From Nemertoderma westbladi (taxonomy: Eukaryota; Animalia; Xenacoelomorpha), in contig JAUCBJ010001154.1 in the NCBI GenBank assembly GCA_032718475.1, positions 66,857 through 130,856 on the forward strand: a stretch of 64,000 bases of DNA, given 5' to 3'. The position numbers and the translations under genes are program-made. Within the stretch, counting starts at the first letter, position 1. The number at the start of each line of letters is the position of its first letter. This document shows, piece after piece, positions 51,801 to 64,000 of this stretch. Under the pieces are notes generated by a model that saw only the letters and a program-made list of their open reading frames with translations, was not told the origin of the DNA and did not search any database.

Positions 51801-53236
51801 TTTACAACCAGTTCGTACGAAAGTTCTAATGAGTCATGGATCTGAAACGGAATTGAATCATCTCTATTTGAGATATTTTTATGTTTCTGTATAAACAATT
51901 GGCTCTATACCGCCACCCGATTTATGTGTACTCTTAGGGTTGCTTGTATATCTGTCGCAGATCTACATTACATACAGTGGCCTACTGCCACTCTTAGCTG
52001 TATCCAGCAGGGCCATGTCGGGTGCAATTGATGATCTGGAGGCGGCCAGAATAACAGGAGTGCTGCGGTAAAAAATAACAAGTAGGTTATTATCGCAGAA
52101 TTTATGATGGAATCCATGGCATGTACCGCATTTAGTGGTGATTCCTCTATGATGCTGCAGACCTTCTGAACCGGTCGTTTTATCGTAAAGATGCAACGTT
52201 CGCATTTCGTTTACCAAGATATTCCCTGTATTTGTCTAAATAGTTTTAATACCAAATCGAGACGGGTGGAGGATGACTAAATATCTCAACTTTCGAACAA
52301 AGTGATCAAAATTTCACAAAACGTAGTAAGATTATTCACATACGTTCTAAATAAATTTGCATCCAAATGACAATTTCCGCTGATAGTTAGTCAAAATTAT
52401 TGTCAAATATAAGAAAAGCACCCAAAAAAGTGTAGAATTCAAATTTATTATAAAACGACAAACAGTAAAGTTTTGATGAGATTTTGGGGCGAGCCACGAA
52501 GGTATGTATGCTGTGGTATGCTAATGGTGAAGTCGATATGGACAAATCGTTTATAAAATTAGACGTAATAGTTGCAAAGAAATTAATTTACTTTATTTCC
52601 TGTCACTTCTTTATTTCTCGGGATTTGAATTAGCATCGTACTGCATGACAGGAAGATAGGGAACTGCATGACAACTACATGTAGGGTCGTTCACAGTCAG
52701 CGGTGTATCGCTGGCCCAGCGGTACACCGCGGGGTGTAGCGTTCCGTTGGATGTGAACGGGCCTTAACGCACATCCCGGTTCTGGATTAATTGTATTTTG
52801 ATATTTACAGTGATTGAAAGTAGCCAAAACGATTCACTACTTTCTAATTTTGTTTTTATTTTTCTAAAAAATTTTTTCTTGAATTTCAACCTTGGTTGGT
52901 ATTCATGAAACATTGGTAACATTGACTACAAGTAGGCCCCCTATAGGTATGCAGGTACTTTTTAACTTAAATTTTCACTTTTTAAATTCCTTCCCCTCCA
53001 TCCTCGTATCCTCTGAAAGTCAGCTGTTTCCAACCACCTGTGGTTTATATAAATTTCATCCCCGTATGATATGCGAAAATGAATGGTACAACCTCCTGCT
53101 GGCTCAATAAGTAGAGGGAATCCAGTACCTTATTAATCTAGAACTTTAGTAGTACTGAAGAATCACTAGAGGGAGCCCAAAGGCGCTTCGGCTCATTGGA
53201 GCAGGTTGCTTCTAGTGTTAGTCTTTCTGTAATGAC

Positions 53237-53575
53237 TTGTGCTACTTTGGATCATGGATCCGGAAGTCAAGTTATGGCCTTCCTATACGTATGGGAAAAG
53301 CATGGGCAGCATTGAATAGTCTGAATGTCAAGGTTCGATTATTTAGGGTTGCAGTAGAACGAGTACTGAAATATGGGAGTCCATGTTGGTCTCTAACTGC
53401 TGAGTACACCAAATCTCTGGATGGCACTTATGGAAGAATGCTACGCCTGGTTCATTGTGCCGAGTACAATGAACACATCTACATTTCTAATCAGAACTAT
53501 ACAACATTGGATTTGTCTCATCAGTCCCCCCAAGCTTGACACTTGGACGGTGCCGCCTCCGCTTTGTTGGACATA
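53237..53575 (+). mobile_element. Degenerate RTE-type LINE fragment
   Basis: YFGSWI...KAWAALNSL...KVRLFR...YGS.CWSLT...LDGTYGRMLR. Confidence 0.72.
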
Positions 53576-54285
53576 GTACAACAACATATTTAAGTGGTGT
53601 GCTATAGTACGAAGTAGTAATTACAGTAATGGTTGCTTAATAGATACGGTAAGTAAGGTACGGTACGGTTCGAATTCTGATTCGGTTGGACTCAACGAAC
53701 ATTTATTAAAGCAAGTATAATAGATGCTACATGAGCCAGACTCTTCAGGTAACCATAGCGGATAGGATTGCTAGCAATGGATATGGATAAGGCGAGGAAT
53801 CGGTTTAGTACTGTCACATGCCTCGCAAGTGCAATATAGACAGGTTTAATTAATGTAGGTTGGGTGAAGCTGGGGTGTCACTAAGACTCTCTGATAAATA
53901 TCCGGATAAAAGTCGCTTACAAACACCAAAATATATAATTAATGTCGCAAGAAAAATTTGGATAAAAAAGTCTCGCCCAAAACAATTTTCCAGCTAAAAC
54001 CAATTTTCCAGACAAAAATAAATATTAATTACCGCAGAATAACTACATAATTTCCTCCGATATTTGGTCATGGCCGGCCGCCAAGCAATAATTTTGGAAA
54101 ACGTTTTATATTTACCAACTAAGGAAAAGGAGCAGGATGCAGAGACAGTATTTTCTAACCAAAACAATAAACGATATCATTAGAAATTAATATAAAAGAG
54201 CAGGTTACAGTACCTTGATTGATACTACATTACATTTCAGTTATACATATTTATGTAATAATAAATAATGAATAAACATTTAAAG

Positions 54286-54425
<140 letters not shown>

Positions 54426-56452
54426 ATTTCGTTGAATTTCATTCATTTTTGACAAAGTTATTATTGAACAAAGATAAATGGTATTATCTAAAATATCGGG
54501 AAGGTTTGAATTGTTACTTAAACTTTATATACCTATATCTTACCTTTCTTCATGAGAAAGGACTATTTCTCCCCCCATTTTTTACTGAAATTTGGTACAA
54601 TACCATTGTCAATACATTTTTTGCTAAAAATGCCCTCGGGGACTTTTTGAAACAAAATGGCCACAAAAAGGCCGTTTTGTGGCGTATTAGTTGAAAATTG
54701 ACTCCAAGTCTATTTTTAGTTAAAAGAGTTCAGAATAATTGAATGCTGGGGCCTGCTGAATCATTATTCCAAATTTCGACCTATTTTTTTTTAAAACAAG
54801 GTACAAAAGCTTTTATTTCTTTTAAATTGTTAAAATTTAGTTAATATAAATATACTGGCTGAACTATAAATTAAAATTACTAAATAAAATTATTGCGATA
54901 TATAAACAGTTAGTGGTTTTTTGTTGGTTAGCAAGGCCTGCTATGGAGGGACATAAAGCGCAGTTGAGATCGTTGATTTCGACTTATTCGAACCGATATT
55001 GGTGGAGCAATAGCCTTTTATGCAAAATGCACGGTTTGTGCCATTTTAGAGACAATTTATATAATATTTTGTTTCACCATTTTCTTTAGCACAAAAAATA
55101 ACAATTTTTACCTTGTTGAAAATAAATTCCTGGTATATATATAATTATTTTTGTAGTGAAAAATATTTAAATTGGGGGATATAAATTTGATGCCACCGAA
55201 AACTATATTTAGTGCTAAATAATTTAATTTGTGTTAAATTATCTAATTTGGTGTGGCATTCCATTAGTGACGATATAATTAATCTATGTTTTAATCCACA
55301 TTTCTGCTTGGCAGCAAAGGGGTGTGCGAATTAGCCACCCTTGGCTAAGATCTAAGTGACAGAATAAGCTGTATGATACAATGTTAAGTACAATATTATA
55401 ATATATTAATTTCTATATTTATATGCCAACAATAATTAATATCATATTGATAATAACATACTCTTTACATTGCTCGCCGTTGTTATTGCAATCAATTTGT
55501 CTATGCAGTAATATTATTTTGACTATGCATAGATTTAATAAATGAAAAAATATAAAACTTACATTTTATTTTAAATGTTAAAAATTTTAAGTATTTAAAG
55601 ATTATGAAGCGTTATTTATAGCTGATTATATAATATTATAGTGTCATTCCGTATATATTTGTATTAATAAAGTTATTTATGGATCCACAAACACGTATTG
55701 TCTAGTAAACATTTCAACGAACCAAGGCGTTCTAGAACGCCTTGCAATGAACAAATCAACTTTTGTATTTGATTAGTGAAGCACGCATTCCTTCATTTCT
55801 TACAATAACGTTTTATAAACCTCAGTTACTATGGAGTTGTCAAATGATAAGCAGAAGGAGAAAGACCAATCGCTAAAAAAGTAAGATACATCTTGAAAGG
55901 TCTAATATTATGTAGTAATAATAATGTGTACAGTATTACTTATGTGTGGTTTGTTACATCAATGAACTTATTGAGTGACAGTGCAAATAGTGACAAGGAT
56001 CAGACAAGTATGCCAATGTATAATGTTGTTGGGTTATCGTAATGTAACATTCGTTTCGGTGGCATTTCTCAAATTTAATAATAATTGATCGCGATATTGA
56101 AGTATGAAATGTTTGCAGTTTATTTTAAATATTTCACCAACATTATTATTCCAAAGTTATTGTACTTGTACTTGTAGTTATTTGGTCCAGGTATTAAACC
56201 TAAGAATATGGTTATTTAATATTGTTATTTAATATTTAGATTTTTTAAAATTGAACAAAGAATAATAATATATGTCATTTTAATTGTTAAGAGTTCGCAC
56301 AAGCAAGCTTAACAAACAATTCAAATTAATTTTTAAATTATTTACAGTTACAGCCGGTTTTTTTAAATTACATATTTAAACAATGTCCTTCACCAAATTA
56401 TAAGCTCAATTAATTTGGCAAACCTTCATAGATAAAGCTCACCATCATTATC

Positions 56453-57736
56453 TTACTCACCAACACGGCCACAAGCGCAAAGGGCCATTAAAGCAAACAA
56501 AAAAGGCAGAATGGTCAAACTAAGCAATGAAGCTGCCATTTGGAATCCGCAATCATCAATTAGAATCCCACCAAATAGCGCACCTAGTAAAAAACCAACA
56601 GAATATGAGATTCTAAGAGCTTGTTGAAGAACAGCCCTGGTATCAATGTTGTCGGGGTGACCGCATACTCTAACAGCCAGACGAGTTTGTGTTTCAAATG
56701 CAGGAATCGACATTAACCCGGCTCCCAATCCATATATAGCCAAGGAGCTTAAAGATATGTTTAAGGAGTAAGGTATTCCCAATATCTCAGTTGGCCCTAC
56801 GAGTTGCATTGTGCCAAACATTATTGTTCCACCAATAAAAGTTGGGTATATTGTATTGAAATTGAACTTCTTAATCAAAACCGTTATTATGAGAGCGATA
56901 CAAGTCTCGCTCACTGGTTGAATCGTATATGCTAAACCAATATTATATTGGTTAACATAATAGTAGCTGTGAATATAAGAAGCATAATAAGCCACTGTGA
57001 AATATAACATCATTGTATTGTAGAAGTGGAATATATAGATTATTGTGATTGCTGGGTTCTTCAGCAATCCGAGATATGTTGGTCGTCCCTCATTAGATTC
57101 ATCTCTATCGTAAAGGTAAGGAGGAGCCTCGAGCCAGCAGTAAAGAACACCAATGAGAAACATCAAACTCGATATGATAAATGGATATTCAAAACCCATT
57201 GAAGCAAAAACGGCTGATCCGAAAACTGGAGCGATAGCATAGCTGACCGCGGAAAGAACAATTGATATACCAGCTAAGAAACTTCTGTGGTTTGGCATCA
57301 ATTCCATTAATAAATTGTAGGAGTAAATGTAACTGATGTTGAGACCTATTCCTTGTATCAGGCGCAGCAAAAAGCATGTGAATATGTGTCCTCCGTTGTT
57401 AGGAATGTATTCTACAAATCCAAAGAGTAACTGGCCGATCGTTCCAATCACACCGGATATTCCTAAGGAACTTCGCGTTCCCCAGTTGGTGATGGAATGC
57501 GGGAAACCAATGTAAATAATGATCTGTACGAGGGGATAGATAGCAAACAGGGAACCAATGAGGGTCTTAGACCAACCACGCTTTTCCACAACGATAGGGA
57601 AAAATGTTTCTAGCAGAGTCATGGCCCATCCGGGTATTAACTGGAATACCATCAGTAAAGAAACCAACACAGTAAGTCTCCATCCATGAGGTTTATTTGT
57701 TGGAGTTTGGTTAAGAGAAAGTGTTTCATCCAACAT
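56453..57736 (-). CDS. Intronless MFS transporter, SLC18B1/vesicular amine transporter-like (427 aa)
   Basis: About 12 hydrophobic segments; TFFP...G.SKTLIG.LFAIYPL, LLRLIQGIG, IAPVFGS..F...GF..PF, G.LLGALFGG.L.D..GF. First ATG at 57736. Confidence 0.85.
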   Translation of the reverse strand: MLDETLSLNQTPTNKPHGWRLTVLVSLLMVFQLIPGWAMTLLETFFPIVVEKRGWSKTLIGSLFAIYPLVQIIIYIGFPHSITNWGTRSSLGISGVIGTIGQLLFGFVEYIPNNGGHIFTCFLLRLIQGIGLNISYIYSYNLLMELMPNHRSFLAGISIVLSAVSYAIAPVFGSAVFASMGFEYPFIISSLMFLIGVLYCWLEAPPYLYDRDESNEGRPTYLGLLKNPAITIIYIFHFYNTMMLYFTVAYYASYIHSYYYVNQYNIGLAYTIQPVSETCIALIITVLIKKFNFNTIYPTFIGGTIMFGTMQLVGPTEILGIPYSLNISLSSLAIYGLGAGLMSIPAFETQTRLAVRVCGHPDNIDTRAVLQQALRISYSVGFLLGALFGGILIDDCGFQMAASLLSLTILPFLFALMALCACGRVGE

Positions 57737-58317
57737 TATGAATATCAAATAATTTTAATTTTGATTTGAATACAAAACTGTTCTAATGTTTATTGTGTTT
57801 ATTTGTTTTATCTCACAAGGCTTATTATAAGCGGTATAATTCCTAGAAGGTTATTGCTGATTCTCCACTTGTCTCTTAAACTAAACATTTATTATAAAAG
57901 GTCATAAAAATAATTTCATCAGCTGCTGAAAAATTGGTTGGTGGATTAGGTACAATGAGTGGGTGGTGCCGTAGGGTTGCAACAGTTGTTAGTTGATAGA
58001 GGCATATAACGAACAATACCAACAATTATTGGGAAATAATCCCTCTGTTTTACTTGTATTGTTTTTATTGGTTACAACAGCCGGTCTGATATTGGTTTTA
58101 TTGAAATTGGAAATTACTACTTTAGGTTGAGCCACATCAGATCTCTTATGTGTAGGTTGGAAGAAAAGGTTGGAGACGTTAGGCATCGTGACGTTTTCGG
58201 TTTGTCATGGTATGCCACAGTCGTAGACATGTACTGTACACCGATCACACATTCGTTGGGCCGTCGCGTACTACTCACCTACTAAAGTTTGATTTAATTC
58301 CGAACCAGCGATGCTGA

Positions 58318-58785
58318 GTATGGGAGTCCATGCTGGGCTCTAACTGCAGGGGATACCAAATCTCTGGATGGCACTGTCACAAGAATGCGGCGCCGGGTTC
58401 ATTGTGTTAAATACAATGAACACATCTCAAATTAGAGTCTATACAACATTAGAGGTGTTCCATTAATCTCCCCTTGCTTGACACTTGAACACCGCCTCCG
58501 CTTTGCAGGACATTGCATTCGCCGTGAGGACCAGCCAGTGCATGATCTTGTGCTTTGGCGCCCTCATGGAGCGAATAAGCATAGTGGACAGCCCATGACT
58601 TTCTTGAGACGCATCTTAAACGACACTGGCCTTGAGAATGCGGATGATCTAGCAAATGTCATGGGTGATAGGGAGTTGTGGCGGTGCAATTTAGCCGACA
58701 AGCCGCCGCAGCATTCTTAATATATATGTAATATATATATATAATGAGGCTGCAATGCAGGATGCCGATTGTAGTAGTAGTAGCG
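58318..58785 (+). mobile_element. RTE-type LINE 3' end with (TAG)n tail
   Basis: RLRFAGHCIRREDQPVHDLVLW...MGDRELWR; same family as 4440 and 19880. Confidence 0.8.
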
Positions 58786-61554
58786 ATGCCGAGAAATTAG
58801 CGTTCAAACATTTACCAGACAGACAGGCAGGCAGACAGAGAGACAGACAAAGGCTCGCCGACTACGTGGCTCGCCCCACCCACGCACATTACGGAATCTA
58901 ATGGAAGGTAAGAATGAAGCTGATGAGGTGATCTCATCATCGTGTTTACAGGTTCACCAGGATTCATTGTATATGAAACCCTCTGCAGTATCGGCAATGA
59001 TAAAGCTAAACTATCTGCGCCTTTATTTTCAATATCAATATATTACATTATTGCATTCTAGCGATAATAAACAACCAGATAATGCCAGGGAAATTAATTA
59101 ATTACGCCTGTATTCGGTCTAAGTTATTAACCCCTATTGTTTCTTTAGTTTGAATGGCATTCGATTATAGCGTTCGACCAATTGTAACGCCACTCCTCAT
59201 CTATAATTAATTGCCTTAGATAAAGGTTGCATTAATTTTTTGTTCGGTATTTAATAGGGGTGGAGTTGGGTGGAACTTCACTTATAATTTATCAATACTA
59301 TCGTATTTAGTTAGTGTAGGGTATCAGGGATCCCGGCCGGGACCCTACCACCGTGGGGATTACAACTTAAAAATCAATAATTATTAAGAAATGTTAACAA
59401 AACTTTTACTTTGAATGAACAATTTTAATAATTAATAATTATTTAAGATTTAAATGCAATATAAATTGTATAAATCTAAAAATAATTCAATGCTAAAATT
59501 ACATTACCAGCCGGACTACGAAAGGTTGACTTAATGAATTAAATTCATTGATTTATTTATAGAACTTTTTTTTAATTTGTTTTTAACCTGATCCGAACTA
59601 CATAAGAAGTAAGCGGATTTATAGCTTTATTTGGTTTATTGGTCTGTCTATTAGTCAGTTATCAGTCGTGTCCCTTTCTGTTGCGTTGCTTGGATCCGCT
59701 TTACTCTACTGCTTGGGCTAAAACATCATAAGTCATAAAGTATAGTAACTTACCTAAAAATTTGAGAAAAGTTGACGGACTTAAAAAGTTACTGACTAAA
59801 CTAAAAGGCTCCCTCTGCTAGAACTGTTAAACTAACGATTCGATTATTTTAATATTTCCCATTCGTTTGGCATTGGTATTTATTTCTGTAATGCAATGAT
59901 ATTTCAAAGTTATTTTTCTATTACAGGGTTCAACTGTGTGTAGTCCTACGAACTTGTTAAACTACTCGTTTTCGAAATGATTAATTTATTAATATATTTA
60001 TATTTAATTTAAAGTATTCTATTATGGTAGCATTTAATAATAAATATAAATTTTTATAATAATGTAATAACGTTGTCCATATTGGTTGTCTAGGGAACGT
60101 ATATCTGATTTTACATCGGAGGCGGCTTTCATGATGAACTTTCGTAATCGTTTCTTTGAACGACTCCTCGATAACGAGAAAGTTCAACTTCAGAAGCAAA
60201 GAGAGTTCGTGTTAACGAACTGCGAGAGAGAAGGAGAAGTATGTATCCATTGGTAGTAAACTTTATCTAAATAATTATCTAAAATAATGTAAATATTGTA
60301 TAAAATATTAATCCTATTCAAATATAATAGTAGTAGGTACTATTAAATATCTAAAGCTTCCGGTACATATGCATATCTCAATATTTGCAGAAATTGCGTT
60401 TGGAAATTCTTAAAGCGGAAACTCAATTTGTAAGTCCGAGTTTAAAGAGGGATGAGTCTGATACGAATGATGTCCCCAAGGGCCTTAAGGTGACTGTTCA
60501 ACCTAAAGATCGGGTCTCTACTTGGCTGGATGGAAATACGAAATCGAAGGTTAGTCTAGTTACCACTTAGGGAACCAAATAGGGACCTTTTGTTGGTTTA
60601 GTTACCAATAGGGAACCAAGTAGGGACCTTTTGTTGGTCTAGTTACCATATAGGGAACCAAATAGGCACCTTTACAGATGGCAATTTTTACTTTAAGTGA
60701 ATCTTAAAATAATTAATATGTCACTGATGTGTTGGAACTTAGTGACTTTGAATATTTGAATTCACGGCGAAGTATTGAAACGTGTTTGGGTGTTTGGGGA
60801 AAGTGTTTGCAGTCCTAACATCATTTTCTTATTAAATCCAACATTAATGAGACCAACATTAATAAATGACGCCACTAACTGCTACATAGGACGTGCTGTA
60901 CAGTTAGAATGCGTTCGGTTTAATTTATACAATTAGTACAGAATGGCTGTGATACCAGGTCTCATTGATTTACGTTATTTGGTAGATAGGTGTTATGGTG
61001 GGAAGTTGAGCAGTCGTGGGCAAGTACGTAGGAATTCCTATTAAAGTGAAGTAAAGTAATGTTATCGGTAAACATAAAGCACAAAACACCGGAGGCGACC
61101 CAAAGGATTCTCTCTCTTGGCAGTTACCTGTAAGGTGGGGAAAACTACGCACTAACGCACATGAGCGAACTCTCCATAACTATCTAACAATTTCTTTACT
61201 CTCCCATCAGAAACCAGATTCCCATTGTACTGGGATTGTGTATAAGCAAGCACTCACGACTAAAGTATCTTGCCTAGGGACACAACATAGTACAAAATAT
61301 ATTTACTCTTTCATTGGTTTTACTCGGATTTGAAGCTAGGCCACCAATGCCAAATAAACACTAATTTATTGTATATTAGTTAAATGGTACATAAAAGTTG
61401 GTTTTCTCGCTTAAAAAAGATGATGTGAAAATACCATTATGTAAGCAGGCTCACGCAAACAGTCAGCCGAAGACCTTCCGGAGACCCGAAGTCTCCTCTT
61501 TCGATAGCTGCTACCCGAGGGTAGGGGTGGGCGCTACTCCCATCCCAAGATTTG

Positions 61555-61620
61555 CTCCCAGTAATTTAACTGGTACTCATTTTATCGACCCCAGTCGATG
61601 AAATGCTGACTAGACCCATG
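61555..61620 (-). mobile_element. Nin/Deu-domain SINE fragment
   Basis: Minus strand TCAGCATTTCATCGACTGGGGTCGATAAAATGAGTACCAG. Confidence 0.55.
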
Positions 61621-62064
61621 TGGGGCTGAATCTACTATGAGCTGCTACTATTCCTACTACTATTTCGTGGAAAAGCCGCCGGCCTCCGTGGCCGTTCCCC
61701 ACATTCGCCGCGTTGAAAATTCAACGATTTTCAAATCTTATTGTTAGTACAGTATTTGTATGTTGCAGTATGATTATTTCGATTAAATTTAGGTTAATTA
61801 TTTAGCTTCTGGAGTGACCGAAACGCCGTTCGTGCAAACTGTAACAAACTCAAAGACAATAAAACATACAAGAGGTAGGTGTTAAAGCTGACCGTTCTCC
61901 GGCCGAGCAGAAAGAGTTTACACGTCTCTATGAAAAGCGAGATAACCTTATAAAGGAAAGCAAAACAGCTGAAACAGCGAAACCGTGAAATATGACAAAT
62001 TATACGTGGGAGATGAAGTTGTCCATCGTGTTAAGACGGACTCACAGATTTTATAGATTAGGGG

Positions 62065-63320
62065 TTGGCCAACAAACTAGAAAACTTGAATATGAAAATT
62101 CTATCCTGGAATATAAATGGCATCAATATTTTCAGAAATACGGACGTTCAAACCTTCATCAATTCAAATTTTGATTTAATTTCCTTATGTGAAACTCACA
62201 CAATTATTGCGCAATCCACTATAAGCTTGCCGAACTACGTTACATCGAAATTTCCCGATACAAAATGCAATGCGGACTTCCCGCGAGGTGGGTGCTTTCT
62301 AGCTATTCGAAACTCGATGAGGGATATTATAATCTCAGTTTCACAATTTCATACCGACTGCATTGAAGTACGATTGATTAATGGTTTTTGTCTAGTTTTT
62401 GCTTAATGTTTTTGCAACACATCGCCGTATTTTAATGAGCATTACTTTTCTTCATTAGATGCCCTGATTACTGAAACTGATAATCACAGAAAACCGACTA
62501 TAATTGTTGGTGATTTTAACTCTAGGATTGGGGAACTGGGTCGCTACGATGTTTCTGGAAAGAAAATTTGCTCAAAGAATCCTGATGCTTCAGTAAACCA
62601 AAATGACAAGGACTTAAAAAAACCTAATCTCCAGCTGTCAACTAACTTCTGTAAACCACTTAAATAAAAACCATGGCGGGTTTACTTTAGGTAGGTATAT
62701 GTATATACGTGTATATACGTATGAAATTGGTCTCCTCTCAAATTGATAATGATAAAATGGCTGTTATACTCAAGGAGAACTTACCCGACCTAATAGCCGT
62801 CCCTCTATTGGACAACTCTATCACAACCACATCGAAAACAATAATGTTCCAGAACATGTTTCTTCAAGCTGCTAAAAACTCATTTCACAAAATAAAGCGT
62901 AACACTGTTAACTTTGAAAGTCATCTAAACGCAGAATCACTCCTGGTAGACTTTGATCCAGAACAACTGTCTTATCCACCGATTCGACTTGAAGTACACC
63001 AGAAGGACTACATAATATCCGTTACGCGCAACGAGTTCAACAATTGGGTTGATTGTTTAAAGTCAGCTGATTCCCGCTAATTATGGAACGCTATTGACTT
63101 CAAAGGAAGATACGTTCAAAGTAGCCAATCTCAAGTGGGAAACGATGTCTCATTTGAAAGCCTGGCTAAACATCTTAAAACTCTGGGAAGCATTGATGAT
63201 GCAGAATATATCCTCGCTAATATTGAAGGGACAAGCAACCAATCTATGGTGTAATCAAATGTATGCTGACTACAGGACTAGACTGGGACATCCAGACGTA
63301 TATTACTCATCTCAGACTTA
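62065..63320 (+). pseudogene. Decayed non-LTR retrotransposon ORF2, apurinic endonuclease region
   Basis: MKILSWNINGI, DLISLCETH, RGGC..AIR and IIVGDFNSRIG (~62500-62530), with stops and frameshifts. Confidence 0.8.
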
Positions 63321-63655
63321 GAGTGACATAGTATATTGTGTACCGGTAGCAGCACTATACTTAATAATATATAATATATAGGCATGGCCTGTTATGTATA
63401 CCCGTCACCGCACAGTATAGTTATATCTATTACATCATGTTCTTTTCTTTTCTTTTCCTTTTTTTTTTTTTTTTTTTTGATACATACTTACATATATATA
63501 TATAATACAGATAAATTGAACCCAATATATATATATATATGTCGATTGTTACAAACATAGTTAAGTTATCTATGCTATATATAAAAATCGTACTTTTCAA
63601 AAAATAATAACATAATATCCAAACTTTGCACTTGAAATGTTATATTCTATATATA

Positions 63656-64000
63656 TTACGTAGGTAAATCAAATGATACGGTTTTCTTTCCCAGAAGGCG
63701 TTGGCTTTTCCTGTTTAGTGTTTTGGGTGGATGTTCTCCCTCTTCCTCTTTCAGGTTTGGTTTGGAAAGAGGGTTTACGATTTTGGGCCGTAGGAATCGA
63801 CGATTACGCCACAGGACCCGACCTGAGGGTTGTTTAACGCGATAATCTCTAGATAGTCCGGTATGAATTATCGTGCCCGTGTTATCCCAACGTTTGGAAT
63901 GGGGGTTCTGTATAAGAACCTCACTTCCTGTCTCTAATGGTTTTAAAGGGCTCGCGGTTTTATCATAGTCTGTTTTACTTCTCAGAGCTTCCCTGACAGC
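63656..64000 (-). mobile_element. Ty3/Gypsy-like pol/integrase C-terminal tail (ORF enters from the window end)
   Basis: Open frame ...YDKTASPLKPLETGSEVLIQNPHSKRWDNTGTII...RDYRVKQPSGRVLWRNRRFLRP...*, typical of the Gypsy integrase C-terminus. Confidence 0.7.

Overview
AT-rich, intron-containing animal (invertebrate-type) genomic DNA, not prokaryotic. Host genes: the last exon of an upstream + strand gene; a 3-exon doublecortin+HELP+WD40 (DCX-EMAP/EML-like) gene on the - strand; a 6-exon LIM-homeobox Lhx3/4 gene on the - strand; an intronless SLC18B1-like MFS transporter; and a small orphan ORF starting MGNC. The rest is transposon debris and many homogeneous tandem arrays. The debris includes a decayed Transib (RAG1-related) transposase with a CACAGTG terminus, hAT and other TIR elements, RTE-type LINE 3' ends, Nin/Deu-domain SINEs, an APE-LINE and a Gypsy integrase tail. 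The most striking item is a 413-bp non-coding mobile unit that fuses a tRNA-derived Pol III promoter to a minimal type I hammerhead ribozyme. It occurs as a TSD-flanked 1.7-mer (20555-21273) and as a TSD-flanked, partly inverted monomer (29398-29841), which suggests a retrozyme-like circular or multimeric RNA element. Also notable: the Lhx3 LIM1 exon/donor junction is tandemly amplified four times. All calls are from manual reading; no database search was run.
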